Below are positions 26,403 to 36,628 of a DNA stretch of 64,000 bases, piece by piece. Each line of letters opens with the position of its first letter. Positions within the stretch are counted from its first letter, which is position 1. The position numbers and the translations under genes were made by a program. The notes under the pieces are model-generated. The model made no database searches, was not told the DNA's origin, and saw only the letters and a program-made list of their open reading frames with translations. The DNA lies in assembly GCA_016928025.1 (NCBI GenBank), contig JAFGLN010000047.1:32335-96334 (forward strand). The letters are read 5' to 3'. Source of the stretch: Deltaproteobacteria bacterium. GTDB lineage: Bacteria > Desulfobacterota > Syntrophia > Syntrophales > JAFGHS01.

Positions 26403-29400
26403 CTACTGGCTTTGCCAGACGGTAACGCAGGGTTCGGAAAGATTCATATCGGTCAGGACTTCGCTGGCGGAAAGCCCTCGGTCATATATCCGCAACTCAT
26501 CGATGAGGCCGTCAAAGCTGTATGTCGTATCGGTCGCATTCCGCCCGCTGAGCCTCAGAACAGCTCCGACGGTCCGGTCGAGGATCGTCGCCCCCCCGAC
26601 CAAATCCGCCGGCTGCAGGACGCCGTTGATGTAAAGATCGTTCCTTGACTTTGCCGGATCGCTGCTATAGACGGCCCGGTTTTCAAAGACCGCGGCGATA
26701 TGGATCCATCGGCCTGCTATGGCAGGCGGATCGGACATATCGACGATACCGAACAGGTCGCTGTTTAAGGTGTTGAATCCAAACCGCCGGTCGCCGGCCC
26801 CGTAGTTTCTCAACCAGAAGCCATAGCTCTGCCCCTCCCAGTGGAGGGGGATTTCATTGTCCGCGCCGTCCCATTTCATCCAGAAGGTTACCGTGGCTTT
26901 TCCTCCCGGCGCCGGCAGGGCGGATAGTTCCGTAAGGCCCCCAAATCCCACCGTCCCGTTCTGCGATTTGTCGAAGGCCGCCGCCCATCCGTCACAGCCC
27001 GCCGTGAAACTTAAACCGTCCGCCGATGGGCTGCCATCGGGATGGCCGTTGCCGGAGCTGTCGGTCCAATCATTATCCATCTTATAGTAGCCGGTTGCCG
27101 ACGTATAACAGATATCGGAACAGGCGCGCGTCAGATCATCCAGGTCCAGGACCTCCTGATGAGTGAGCAGACGGTTAAAGATTCGGACCTCGTCGATCCA
27201 TCCCCGGAATCTTTGATTGGAAGCAAAGCCCCCGCCGACGGAATCCTGCTCCTGGCCGATCATCGCGCCGCCCGAACTCAGCGATACGGAACCGGTACCG
27301 GTTGAACCGTTGGTGTCCGTCAGGGCGGTCCCGTCGACATAGACCGTCTCCATCCCATCGGCGGCCTTGCGTGACCAGACAAGATGGTGCCACCGCCGGT
27401 CCTGCACACTGCCGCCGATATTGAAGTAACCGGTCTGCGTACCGTTGAGGTGTGTCAACAGCGCGTTGCCGACGGCATTCAGGTAGATCAGCATCGTATT
27501 GTCGCCCGTTGACGAACTGGCCCCTGAAAACAGCGTGTTGAGGTTTGACGACAGGTCCTCCACCCGGAACCACAGGGAAAGTGTAAAATCATCGAGATTT
27601 TGAAAAGCTTGAGACCCGAGATGAAGGTATTGATTCGTGGTATCACCCAGATTAAGGGCTCCGCCCCGGCAGATCTTCCCCGTCTGTCGGTTGCCGCCGG
27701 ACCGGTTATCCATATTGACGGCGAATCCGTGGGCCGTGCCGATGCTGTCGAGAACCTCGCCGGCGGTTCCGTTCCAGGTCGCACAACCGTCCATCCGCCA
27801 CTCGCCGACGGGATTGTAGCAGATATGGGCACATGACGTTCGGCTGCGGGTACGGACATCGCCAAGGTCCGCCGCATTCAGGGCACGCCCCCAGATCATG
27901 ACCTCGTCGATCAATCCGTGAAAATAATTGTCCGTATGCTGGGAGCTTCCGATGGTCACGGGTGATCCGTCCGCCGCATCCAGATCGGTGGCCCCGTTCC
28001 AGGTCGTGGTATTCTCATACCGGTTGCCGTTGATGGTTACGGCGACGACGCCGCTCTCATACGTTACCCCGATGAAGCTCCATGCATGGAGCCCGACATC
28101 GCCGGCATTGCCGAAATCGCCAGTGGCATCTTTGGTCTCCGCATCGAGGTACAAATGGACCGTCCCGTTCGGATTGATGCCGATTTCCAAATTATCGTTC
28201 ACCGCATCGGACGCCTTGGCAAAAATGACATTGGCCGTGCCGTGATTCGTGACGGTCGACCCCAGCGATTCCGGATTGACCCACAGGGCGACGGTAAAGG
28301 CGGTACTGGCGTCTCCCAGGGCATTACCGCCGTTCAGGATATCCCCCATGTTGAGATACCCATCGGTGCCATTGAAAAATCCGCCCTGACATAACCTGCC
28401 GGCGCCGGTTGCCCAGACGCCGTTGACGGCCGTCCCTCCCAGGCCGTTGCCGCTGGCATCCGTCACTTCACCACTGGTACCGTTCCACAAGCACTCATCC
28501 AATCGCCACTCCGCCTGCAGTCCCGCATAATAAGGCGTACCCATTGCAGAGGCATCGATATTCAGCGTGTAGGTATACGAAGGTCCCGTGTCCAGCGTAT
28601 TACTTGTGCACGTGCCGTCCCGGGCGGACAGCTTGAATTTATAACCCGTCCCCGCCGATGAGGTACCGATTTTGCGCACCGTCGCCGTATTGGCCCCCGT
28701 CGAAACCACTTCAAACCCGCCGGGGTCGGTGCCTTGAAATGTCAGGATCCAGTTTTCAAGCGGGCCGACCATGGGGCCGGTGACGGAAAAGTTCCAGGAA
28801 CAGGTGGTACTGGTACAATTGAGTATGGACGGGAGGCTGGATACCCCCAATACGCCGTTTGATACGACCAGCGGCAGGGTTGCTTCATCAATCCGGCTGT
28901 TGTTGTCCGTCACGCGCAGCGTCACATCGTACTCACCGGCACAGACGCCGATGGCCCCTTCAACAACGCCGGTGGTGACATTCGGCAGGGTCAGATTCAG
29001 GCCGCCGCCCTGTGATATGATCTCCCAAACGTACGGCGGCGTCCCGCCTTCCGCCGACGGTTCGGGATGGCTCGAGTAGTTACTCTGCCCCAGGGTTGCT
29101 CCGGGAAGGGCCGTACTGGTAATGACAACCGTATTGGCCGAACAATCCCTCGTCGTTTCCATCTCCGTCTTGATTTCATTTTCCGCCAGGGCGCGATCGT
29201 AAATCTTAACTTCATCGATCATGCCGCCGAAGAAGTTCCGGGGCACGGTATTGCCGCGGGCACCCACGAGCAGTTTGCTGGAGTTGCCGCCGATCGCACC
29301 GGTTTGGGATCTTGCGTAAACCTGCACGCCGTCCTTGTAGAGGATCTGTTGATGACCGTCATAGACGGTGGTCAGATACGTCCAGGTATCGGCAGTGACG

Positions 29401-31850
29401 GTATAAGTGCTTCCTCCGTCCCACACCCAGTGGGGCTGCCAGGCATAGTTGAGAAATCCGCTCTGGACCCTGGCCTCATAAAGATTTTCTTTGTTGTAGA
29501 TAATGTTATCGCCGGATGAGCCGTCCCATTTGATCCAGGCGGACATCGTCCAAGGGCTGGCCCCCGGATCGAGATCGCCGTCCGCCGGATCTCCCGCATC
29601 GAGATAACCGCCGTTGTCATCGTCTACACGCGTCAATACGGCCGACCGACAGATCTTACCAGCCGATGGCGTTGTCTGTGTCGGCCGGACGCCGGACCCC
29701 TGGCCGGCCGCCACACCGTTGCTGGCACCGGTTCCCGAATCGACCACTTCGCCGGCGGTTCCGTTCCAGGGATAGTTTTCCATCTGATAATCCGCCAGGG
29801 GAACAGTATAGCAGCTTCCCGAACAGACGGAACGGGTTATTTCATAGATCTCCTGAACCTCTTCCGGCGTCAGGGCCTTGTGAAAGAGCATGACTTCATC
29901 CAGCAGTCCGTTGAGATAGGCATGAAAACCGGCATAGCCCATGGTAAACGGATCAGCGGATGTCCGGGGATTTTCCGTGTAATTGATCGATGCCCGTTCC
30001 TGATTATCGATATACACCTTCATGGTGGCCTGATTGTAAACGCCCACCACATGATGCCACTTGCCATCATTCACGGTCACCGACGTCTGGGCGTTTCCGT
30101 ACCCCCCGTCCGAATAGATCTGGAACAGAATGGTCCCATTGGTCGCCAGCCACAGGCCATAGTTACGATTCGTCGAATTGCCTTTTCCGGCCAGTCGAAC
30201 CCAGTCCGACGCACTGCCGTGAACCTTGACCCAAAGCGCCAGCGTCAGGGCCCCTGTTTTCTGCAGCTCCGCATTGTCTTCCACCTCGATATAGTTGTCG
30301 ACACCGTCAAAATATCCGGCCCGGCAGTTCCTGCCGCTGCCCAGGGTTGTTGCGCCGTTCATGGCCGTTCCGTGAAGCCCCTCGTCGCCTGAGTCTCTGA
30401 CTTCCCCTTCGGTCCCGTTCCAGCTGCATTCGTCGAGATGCCACTCCGCCGAAAGATTCGCCGTATAGGGGGCGCCGGTACCCTCCGCGGTCACCCTCAG
30501 GCTGTAAGGGCCGCTGGTCACATGATTGGCGGGACAACTGTCATCCGTCGCCGTAATGGTGAAGGTATAATCGCCCGCTGTCGCCGTGCCGCTTTTCCAG
30601 AATTTGGCCTGCGTCCCCCCCAGAGGATCCATCTGAAACCCGCCGGGATTGGCACTTGTCCAATTCAGAGACCACGCCGTCAATTCTTCGAAAGGCCCCA
30701 CATAGTCTCCGGAAACGGTAAATTCCTGCGAGAACGTGGAAGCATTAACGGTAAAGTCGGGATCCGGCAGACTCGCAGACGGGGGGCTGAGGGTCAGGGT
30801 CCCGGTTATAACGGTAATATCGAAGTTCTTCCGGTCATAATTATCGGCATTGGTGCGGTCAGCGGCTTTAACGGAGATTGCGTAAGGGGATCCCGTATGG
30901 CACACATCAAGTGTCCCCGTCAGAGTTCCCGACCAGAGATTCAGACTGATTTTTCCGGATAATTCCGCAGGAACCGATTCCAGATACCAGTAATAGTCCG
31001 GTGCGGATTCACCGCCCGTCGCCTGAAATGAATGGGACAGATTGGCACCGATTCTGCTGCTGGTTATGATATTCTGAACGATCGTCACCGTCGGCGCCGC
31101 CAGACATTGAGCATCCGACGCGCAATCCGGATCTTCACAGTCGACCAGGGCATCGCCATCGTCATCAACCCCGTTGCTGCAGTTCTCAGACGAACCACCG
31201 CTGCCGCTCCCGCCACTGCCGGCGGTGCAATTCCGGCCGATCAGAATCATAAACGAGGCCGTCCTCATCAGATCGTCGTACGATGTCGTTATGACCTGGT
31301 CAGGATCATCAAATTGCGCATCGTCATCTCCATTAAGCCCGTCAAAGAAGCCGTTGGAGCCGTCACGGTCCTTCAAGCCGCCGCTGACGATGACATAAGC
31401 CTGATGGGTTTGCGTGCCGTTCTGCGTAATATAAAGCTTGCCCGAGTCAAACGCCGCCGTTCCGGCATTGGCGAGAACATTGCACAGCGTGGTGGTCGTC
31501 GCTGCCGTCAGATCCGAATAGACGCCATATTTTATTCGATTGCCCCAGACATCATCGCCGGAAGAAAGCCCAAGGTCACGAAAGGGAAGATTACCAAAAT
31601 AGACACCCGTGTCTCCCTGACCGTCTGTGTCGCTGTCGGCAAAGGGAAGTCGGCCGTTTGCCGTCAAATACCCCTGGACGGCATACTCAACCTGCTCCAG
31701 GACGGCCCTGGTCTTTTTTATCTTGCCCGATTCAATCAGAGAGGGCAAGACCGTCGCCATGATCGAGATGATAATACCGATAATCACCAGGACGATGGTC
31801 AGTTCAATCAGCGTAAAGCCCGCTTCCCGTATCGATCCGCATCTGCCCAT
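26403..31850 (-). CDS. giant pilin-fused adhesin (~1815 aa): prepilin N-terminus, Ig-like domains and five LamG-like domains
   Basis: AG|FTLIELTIVLVIIGII; repeated (E/D)(W/Y)x(L/M)(D/E)..WNGT.GEV.D and F.G.(I/L)DE(V/L).I...AL motifs; GGAG RBS before ATG 31850. Confidence 0.88.
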   Translation of the reverse strand: MGRCGSIREAGFTLIELTIVLVIIGIIISIMATVLPSLIESGKIKKTRAVLEQVEYAVQGYLTANGRLPFADSDTDGQGDTGVYFGNLPFRDLGLSSGDDVWGNRIKYGVYSDLTAATTTTLCNVLANAGTAAFDSGKLYITQNGTQTHQAYVIVSGGLKDRDGSNGFFDGLNGDDDAQFDDPDQVITTSYDDLMRTASFMILIGRNCTAGSGGSGSGGSSENCSNGVDDDGDALVDCEDPDCASDAQCLAAPTVTIVQNIITSSRIGANLSHSFQATGGESAPDYYWYLESVPAELSGKISLNLWSGTLTGTLDVCHTGSPYAISVKAADRTNADNYDRKNFDITVITGTLTLSPPSASLPDPDFTVNASTFSQEFTVSGDYVGPFEELTAWSLNWTSANPGGFQMDPLGGTQAKFWKSGTATAGDYTFTITATDDSCPANHVTSGPYSLRVTAEGTGAPYTANLSAEWHLDECSWNGTEGEVRDSGDEGLHGTAMNGATTLGSGRNCRAGYFDGVDNYIEVEDNAELQKTGALTLALWVKVHGSASDWVRLAGKGNSTNRNYGLWLATNGTILFQIYSDGGYGNAQTSVTVNDGKWHHVVGVYNQATMKVYIDNQERASINYTENPRTSADPFTMGYAGFHAYLNGLLDEVMLFHKALTPEEVQEIYEITRSVCSGSCYTVPLADYQMENYPWNGTAGEVVDSGTGASNGVAAGQGSGVRPTQTTPSAGKICRSAVLTRVDDDNGGYLDAGDPADGDLDPGASPWTMSAWIKWDGSSGDNIIYNKENLYEARVQSGFLNYAWQPHWVWDGGSTYTVTADTWTYLTTVYDGHQQILYKDGVQVYARSQTGAIGGNSSKLLVGARGNTVPRNFFGGMIDEVKIYDRALAENEIKTEMETTRDCSANTVVITSTALPGATLGQSNYSSHPEPSAEGGTPPYVWEIISQGGGLNLTLPNVTTGVVEGAIGVCAGEYDVTLRVTDNNSRIDEATLPLVVSNGVLGVSSLPSILNCTSTTCSWNFSVTGPMVGPLENWILTFQGTDPGGFEVVSTGANTATVRKIGTSSAGTGYKFKLSARDGTCTSNTLDTGPSYTYTLNIDASAMGTPYYAGLQAEWRLDECLWNGTSGEVTDASGNGLGGTAVNGVWATGAGRLCQGGFFNGTDGYLNMGDILNGGNALGDASTAFTVALWVNPESLGSTVTNHGTANVIFAKASDAVNDNLEIGINPNGTVHLYLDAETKDATGDFGNAGDVGLHAWSFIGVTYESGVVAVTINGNRYENTTTWNGATDLDAADGSPVTIGSSQHTDNYFHGLIDEVMIWGRALNAADLGDVRTRSRTSCAHICYNPVGEWRMDGCATWNGTAGEVLDSIGTAHGFAVNMDNRSGGNRQTGKICRGGALNLGDTTNQYLHLGSQAFQNLDDFTLSLWFRVEDLSSNLNTLFSGASSSTGDNTMLIYLNAVGNALLTHLNGTQTGYFNIGGSVQDRRWHHLVWSRKAADGMETVYVDGTALTDTNGSTGTGSVSLSSGGAMIGQEQDSVGGGFASNQRFRGWIDEVRIFNRLLTHQEVLDLDDLTRACSDICYTSATGYYKMDNDWTDSSGNGHPDGSPSADGLSFTAGCDGWAAAFDKSQNGTVGFGGLTELSALPAPGGKATVTFWMKWDGADNEIPLHWEGQSYGFWLRNYGAGDRRFGFNTLNSDLFGIVDMSDPPAIAGRWIHIAAVFENRAVYSSDPAKSRNDLYINGVLQPADLVGGATILDRTVGAVLRLSGRNATDTTYSFDGLIDELRIYDRGLSASEVLTDMNLSEPCVTVWQSQ

Positions 31851-32377
31851 ATGAACTCCGTTATTGTCACTTGATTTAAGCATACTGCCATAACATCGGC
31901 TCACCCACCCGGCAACTGGAGGGAGCTTATCAAAAGAAGAGTTTTATTTCAATGTACCATGCCTTCGGAAGTGATTAATTTCAAATAAAAAGTGGTCCTC
32001 ATTTCAAATTCTATTGATCCTGAATATTTCATCGAAATATTGTTTGAATAACTTGAAATCATTTATAAAATTAGTCCTATCGTCACAAATCTCGAGTGCT
32101 TTGTACAGATTCGTCTGATGATTATTATCCGCTCCCTATATCCATAGACCGTTTTCTCATTGACATTGAGAGCGGCTTAAGAGAATATTATCTCAATGTT
32201 GCCGAGGACACGTTCATTTTTGCGAACCGGTCATTTTAACGATGTTTCAGCGTCAATAAGCAGCATCGTTAACCACCGTTGCACCGGCCATGGAATGCAA
32301 TATCGGAAGGCCAATCAAATTTATTAACTTGATGAGACCTGTTCCGGAAACGCTCTATTAACCAAAGGATAAGTAAA

Positions 32378-34225
32378 ATGTGGAAACAAAAAATCGTCTC
32401 TGCGGCGGAAATGCTGGCAAAGATTGAACCAGGCATGAGTATATTCCTGGGTACGGGCATGGCCGAACCTCGAACACTGGTCAAGCACCTGATGGAATCG
32501 ACTCAGCCCAACCTGCAGGATTTGGAGTTGATCCAACTGGTCAGCCTCGGTGATACGGTGGCCATTGATGAGCGTTATGTGAGAAAATTCCGCTTGAAAA
32601 CATTTTTTGCCGGCTGGATCGCCTCCGATGCCATCAGCGAGGGACGGGTTGATCTTATTCCGAGCCGCTTTTCATGTGTTCCTTGGCTTATTAAAACAGG
32701 CGCCATTCCCATTGATGTGGCTTTCATTCAGGTCACCCCTCCGGACGACAACGGCTATGCCTATCTGGCGGGTGCCTCTGTGGAGAGGTACGCGATGGAA
32801 ACAGCCAAAATCGTCGTCGGCGAAATCAATTCAGAAATTCCTCGGACGATGGGCGATACGCTGGTGCATATGGATGAATTTGACTATCTGGTCGAAGCGA
32901 CACAACCGCCCCTTTATGTGGAACGTTGGCCACTGCAGGACGTTTATCTGAAAATTTCCGCCAATATCGCGTCAGCCGTCAAAGACGGCAGTTGTATCTC
33001 TTATGGTCTCGGTCCTCTTTATGAAGCGCTGGCCCAAACCCTGGCAACAAAAAAGAATCTCGGCGTCCATTCGCCTTTTTTTACGGACGCTCTGATGGAG
33101 TTGGTGAAAAGCGGCGCCGTGACCAACCGCAATAAAGGCATCTTCCGCGGCAAGGTGTGTGCTTCCTATGTCATCGGCACCAAGGAATTGATGCAATGGC
33201 TGGATTTAAATCCCATGGTTGAATTTCAGCCCCAGGACATCGTCATGGATCCCCGGATCATCGGTCTCAACGAGAACATGGTCGCTATTTTCCCCGCCCG
33301 TAAAGTGGATCTGACAGGCAATATCGCTTTGCACACAGGCAAGGGTAATGTCACCGCCGGACCCGGCAACGTCCAGGAACTCTTTATGGGGGCGACATTA
33401 TCGAAAAACGGCCGGACGATCTTTGCCCTGCCCAGCCGCAATCGCGAGGGAGAGCCCAATATCCTGCTTTCGCTGGAGAAATATCCTTTTCAATTTACCA
33501 ACCGCGAATCTTTGGATCTCGTCGTTACGGAATATGGCGTGGCCTTTCTGATGGGCAGGACATTGCGTGAACGGGCTCAAGCACTTATTGAAATCGCCCA
33601 TCCCGATGACCGGGAGGAACTGGTCAGGCAGGCCAAGGAAATGAAGATGATCTATGCCGATCAGATTTACTTTCCCGAATCCGGCCATCTGTATCCGGAA
33701 AAAATCGCCTGCTCCCATGAATTTAAAGACAGTCTGACCGTCCGGTTCCGGGCCATCAAACCATCCGATGAAGAAGAAATGCGCCGTTTGTTTTACCGGT
33801 TCTCCGATCAGGCCGTTTATTACCGCTATTTCAGCCCGATCAAAACCATGCCTCATCGTAAAATGCAGGAATATGTATCGGTGGATTATCGATATACCAT
33901 GTCCATTGTCGCCATCATCGATAAGGCCGGCGTGGAAAAGATCATCGGCGAGGGCCGATATGCCCGTCTACCGGGCGATTCCTTTGCCGATACGGCGTTT
34001 ATTGTCGACGAAAACTATCAGGGAATGGGAATTTCGTCTTACCTATTTGAACTGCTTATTCGCGCCGCCCGTGAGGAAGGCATTGCCGGATTCACCGCCG
34101 ATGTCATTGAGAGCAACAGGGCCATGCTGAAAGTTTACGAGAAAGCACCTTTCCCGGTGCAAATCGTGTTGGTCCATGGGGTGTATAGAATAACCATTCC
34201 ATTTGAAACGCCTCCAAGTCAATGA
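32378..34225 (+). CDS. acetyl-CoA hydrolase/transferase-like domain fused to a Pat-type GNAT acetyltransferase
   Basis: DVAFIQVTPPD, VVTEYGVAFL...ERAQALIEIAHPDDRE; C-terminal RAIKPSDEE...YYRYF...YQGMGI. Confidence 0.85.
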   Translation: MWKQKIVSAAEMLAKIEPGMSIFLGTGMAEPRTLVKHLMESTQPNLQDLELIQLVSLGDTVAIDERYVRKFRLKTFFAGWIASDAISEGRVDLIPSRFSCVPWLIKTGAIPIDVAFIQVTPPDDNGYAYLAGASVERYAMETAKIVVGEINSEIPRTMGDTLVHMDEFDYLVEATQPPLYVERWPLQDVYLKISANIASAVKDGSCISYGLGPLYEALAQTLATKKNLGVHSPFFTDALMELVKSGAVTNRNKGIFRGKVCASYVIGTKELMQWLDLNPMVEFQPQDIVMDPRIIGLNENMVAIFPARKVDLTGNIALHTGKGNVTAGPGNVQELFMGATLSKNGRTIFALPSRNREGEPNILLSLEKYPFQFTNRESLDLVVTEYGVAFLMGRTLRERAQALIEIAHPDDREELVRQAKEMKMIYADQIYFPESGHLYPEKIACSHEFKDSLTVRFRAIKPSDEEEMRRLFYRFSDQAVYYRYFSPIKTMPHRKMQEYVSVDYRYTMSIVAIIDKAGVEKIIGEGRYARLPGDSFADTAFIVDENYQGMGISSYLFELLIRAAREEGIAGFTADVIESNRAMLKVYEKAPFPVQIVLVHGVYRITIPFETPPSQ

Positions 34226-34323
34226 CCCCACCCATAGGGAGGGACATCTCGCGGCGGTTATTGTCTCGAAGAACGTCCGGATCATATTAAATAAGCTTTT
34301 CGGTCCTGCGGCGAAGAAAATAA

Positions 34324-34352
34324 TTGACACATAACGAGGACTTCCATATATT
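34324..34352 (+). promoter_or_regulatory. candidate sigma70 promoter for the USP gene
   Basis: TTGACA-17 bp-TATATT. Confidence 0.55.
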
Positions 34353-34517
34353 TCATCATGGCTTTGGGCAGCGACACCAGAGTTTGCAGCGTTAAGATAT
34401 GGCCCCACATGTTGCCATACAGGTGAAGGAGAACCGAAAGAACATATTTCGGCCATTGTGAACGGTCTTATCGGAACATCCCCGGTGGGATAATTAATTT
34501 AAACAGGAGGGAAATTT

Positions 34518-34913
34518 ATGAAAATATTGGTCGGTTACGCGGGTAGTACCCAAGGGGATCAAAACACCATTGATGTCGCCAAAAAACATGCAACCGCTTT
34601 TAACGCCAGTCTGATTATTGTCAGTTCCATGGAGAGTGTAACGGACAAAAATATGGACGACATGGTCCAAATCGAGAACCACTTGGCCTATATAAAAGAA
34701 ACGATGGCCAAAGAAGGTATTGCCTGTGAAACCCACATTCTGGTGCGCGGCATGACACCGGGAGAAGATCTGGTCGAATATGCCATAGACAAAAAAATTG
34801 ATGAAATTATTATCGGCATTGAGAAAAAATCCAAGGTCGGAAAATTGCTGTTCGGTTCCAATGCGCAATATATCATCCTCAATGCACCCTGTCCCGTCCT
34901 TTGCGTGAAATAG
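34518..34913 (+). CDS. universal stress protein
   Basis: MKILVGY...DEIIIG...LLFGSNAQYIILNAPCPVLCVK. Confidence 0.92.
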   Translation: MKILVGYAGSTQGDQNTIDVAKKHATAFNASLIIVSSMESVTDKNMDDMVQIENHLAYIKETMAKEGIACETHILVRGMTPGEDLVEYAIDKKIDEIIIGIEKKSKVGKLLFGSNAQYIILNAPCPVLCVK

Positions 34914-35108
34914 GATCGGACCCGGAGTTGGTTTTCATAAATTACCTGTTTTGCTGATGAAGCGTTGACGGATAGGCCATCATCCGCAATACGTCATGCT
35001 GTCATTCCTTTAATACCTATCCTCGACTTGATCGAGAAACAGAAATGCCGTCATTAAATGTTCTTCATATATGCCTGTCATTTCCAATATCAAACAGGAG
35101 AACGACCG

Positions 35109-35669
35109 ATGGAAAGCGCCGGCAAGAAAATAAAACAGTTGAGAGAGGCACGAAACTTCTCGATTGAACAACTCGCCGAACGGAGCAAAACGGACAAAAA
35201 ATTCATTGAAGAGCTGGAGTCCGATCAACGGGTCCCGTCCGTCGCACCTTTGCTGAAAATTGCCCGCGGGCTCGGCGTGCGTCTGAGCACGTTCCTGGAT
35301 GACGATCCCGTATCGGGGGCTGTGGTGGTGCGAGCCGGCGAGTCCCAAACCGCCCTTGAGTTTTCCGGTCTCGGCCCGTATTGTGTGAGCACCCTTGAGT
35401 TCCGTCCTCTTGCCCGGAACAAGAAAGACCGTCGCATGGAACCGTTCATCATTGACGTCCAACCGTCCGTTCCGGAAGAAAACACCTTTTCGATTCACGA
35501 AGGCGAGGAATTCATCTATGTGCTCCAGGGGGAGATTGAGGTACTCTATGGCGACGACCGCTATGTGCTCGGTGTTGGTGACAGCATCTACTACGATTCC
35601 CCAACACCGCACCAGGTACAGGCAGCAGGTGACAGGGAAGCGCAGATTCTCGCCGTCATCTATTCATAA
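35109..35669 (+). CDS. XRE-family HTH regulator with cupin domain
   Basis: GKKIKQLRE...LAERS HTH; HEGEEFIYVLQG...GDSIYYDSPTPH cupin; AGGAG RBS. Confidence 0.9.
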   Translation: MESAGKKIKQLREARNFSIEQLAERSKTDKKFIEELESDQRVPSVAPLLKIARGLGVRLSTFLDDDPVSGAVVVRAGESQTALEFSGLGPYCVSTLEFRPLARNKKDRRMEPFIIDVQPSVPEENTFSIHEGEEFIYVLQGEIEVLYGDDRYVLGVGDSIYYDSPTPHQVQAAGDREAQILAVIYS

Positions 35670-35674
35670 ATGGA

Positions 35675-35929
35675 TCATACGCTGCGCATAGACCAGGCAT
35701 CCAATTCCGACTGATAAAGCAAAAGATGGACATGACCGTCTGTTGTCTTCACCTTGAAATAGTTGATAAACGGCCTGCTGCTATCCACGCCCCCTTCATA
35801 CCAGCGGTCAACGATTCCCTGAATCACCCGGCGCTCCCCCTGAAAGGTAAAAGCGACCGGGCGCTCGTTCAACTTGTAACCGCTGTAGCTTCCCACCTGA
35901 ATTTCCATATAGTCAATACACGTCATCAT
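35675..35929 (-). CDS. small conserved hypothetical protein (DUF6504-like)
   Basis: YSGYKLNERPVAF...IVDRWY...YFKVKTTDG pattern; fills the intergenic gap. Confidence 0.65.
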   Translation of the reverse strand: MMTCIDYMEIQVGSYSGYKLNERPVAFTFQGERRVIQGIVDRWYEGGVDSSRPFINYFKVKTTDGHVHLLLYQSELDAWSMRSV

Positions 35930-36059
35930 TTGTCCGCCTGTAAGTTTTATCAGAGCATTGCTGATTTGAACGATTTATTATTATCGATTATAATAGAAAA
36001 CAAATCAATACGGAAGGCATTGGGATAACCCAGCCGCACCTATTTACCGGAGGGAATTA

Positions 36060-36419
36060 ATGAAAAAGAGATTTGGTTTGATTGTGCTGGCCATGTGTTT
36101 TATGGTGACGCCCGTTATTTATGCTCAGCAATACGGCAAAATCCGCGCCCTGCAAAAAAGAGCCGATGACGTCGTTAAATTAAGGAACGCATTCGTTGTC
36201 CATGTGCTGGATTCTTACGCTATTCCTTTTGACCGGAACGAACAGGGCACTGTCGTCCGCATCAATATGGAAGGCAAATGGCTCGACATAGCGGGAATCG
36301 ACATCATTCCCATCCTTAAAAATACTGCGGGTAAAAACCGACAGGTCATTGCCCATGAAATCTATTTCTACACCGAAAGCGGTGTCCTGGGTTTGATGTC
36401 GGAAACCACCATTCGCTGA
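36060..36419 (+). CDS. exported hypothetical protein
   Basis: GGAGG RBS and Sec signal peptide (IYA|Q). Confidence 0.7.
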   Translation: MKKRFGLIVLAMCFMVTPVIYAQQYGKIRALQKRADDVVKLRNAFVVHVLDSYAIPFDRNEQGTVVRINMEGKWLDIAGIDIIPILKNTAGKNRQVIAHEIYFYTESGVLGLMSETTIR

Positions 36420-36628
36420 TTTCGGCATACTCACCTCTTTTTTATGTGACGGAAATACCATTTAAAAAATTGAACCTTGATTCAAATCGGCATTGATAGT
36501 ACGATCCCAAGGTAAGACTGTTCGATTGACAGCTCTGCTTGTCCCCCGTTTTTACCGCTTCGACGGATACGTATTCTTTGAACTTTTTAAAAAATCGCGC
36601 AACAAATCATTTGGGAAAGGATTCCGTT

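Noticed and set aside
31851-32377. Sigma54 promoter or invertible switch upstream of the giant pilin
   Set aside because: TGGCA-like sites lack a correctly spaced TTGC; I saw no convincing inverted repeats or recombinase
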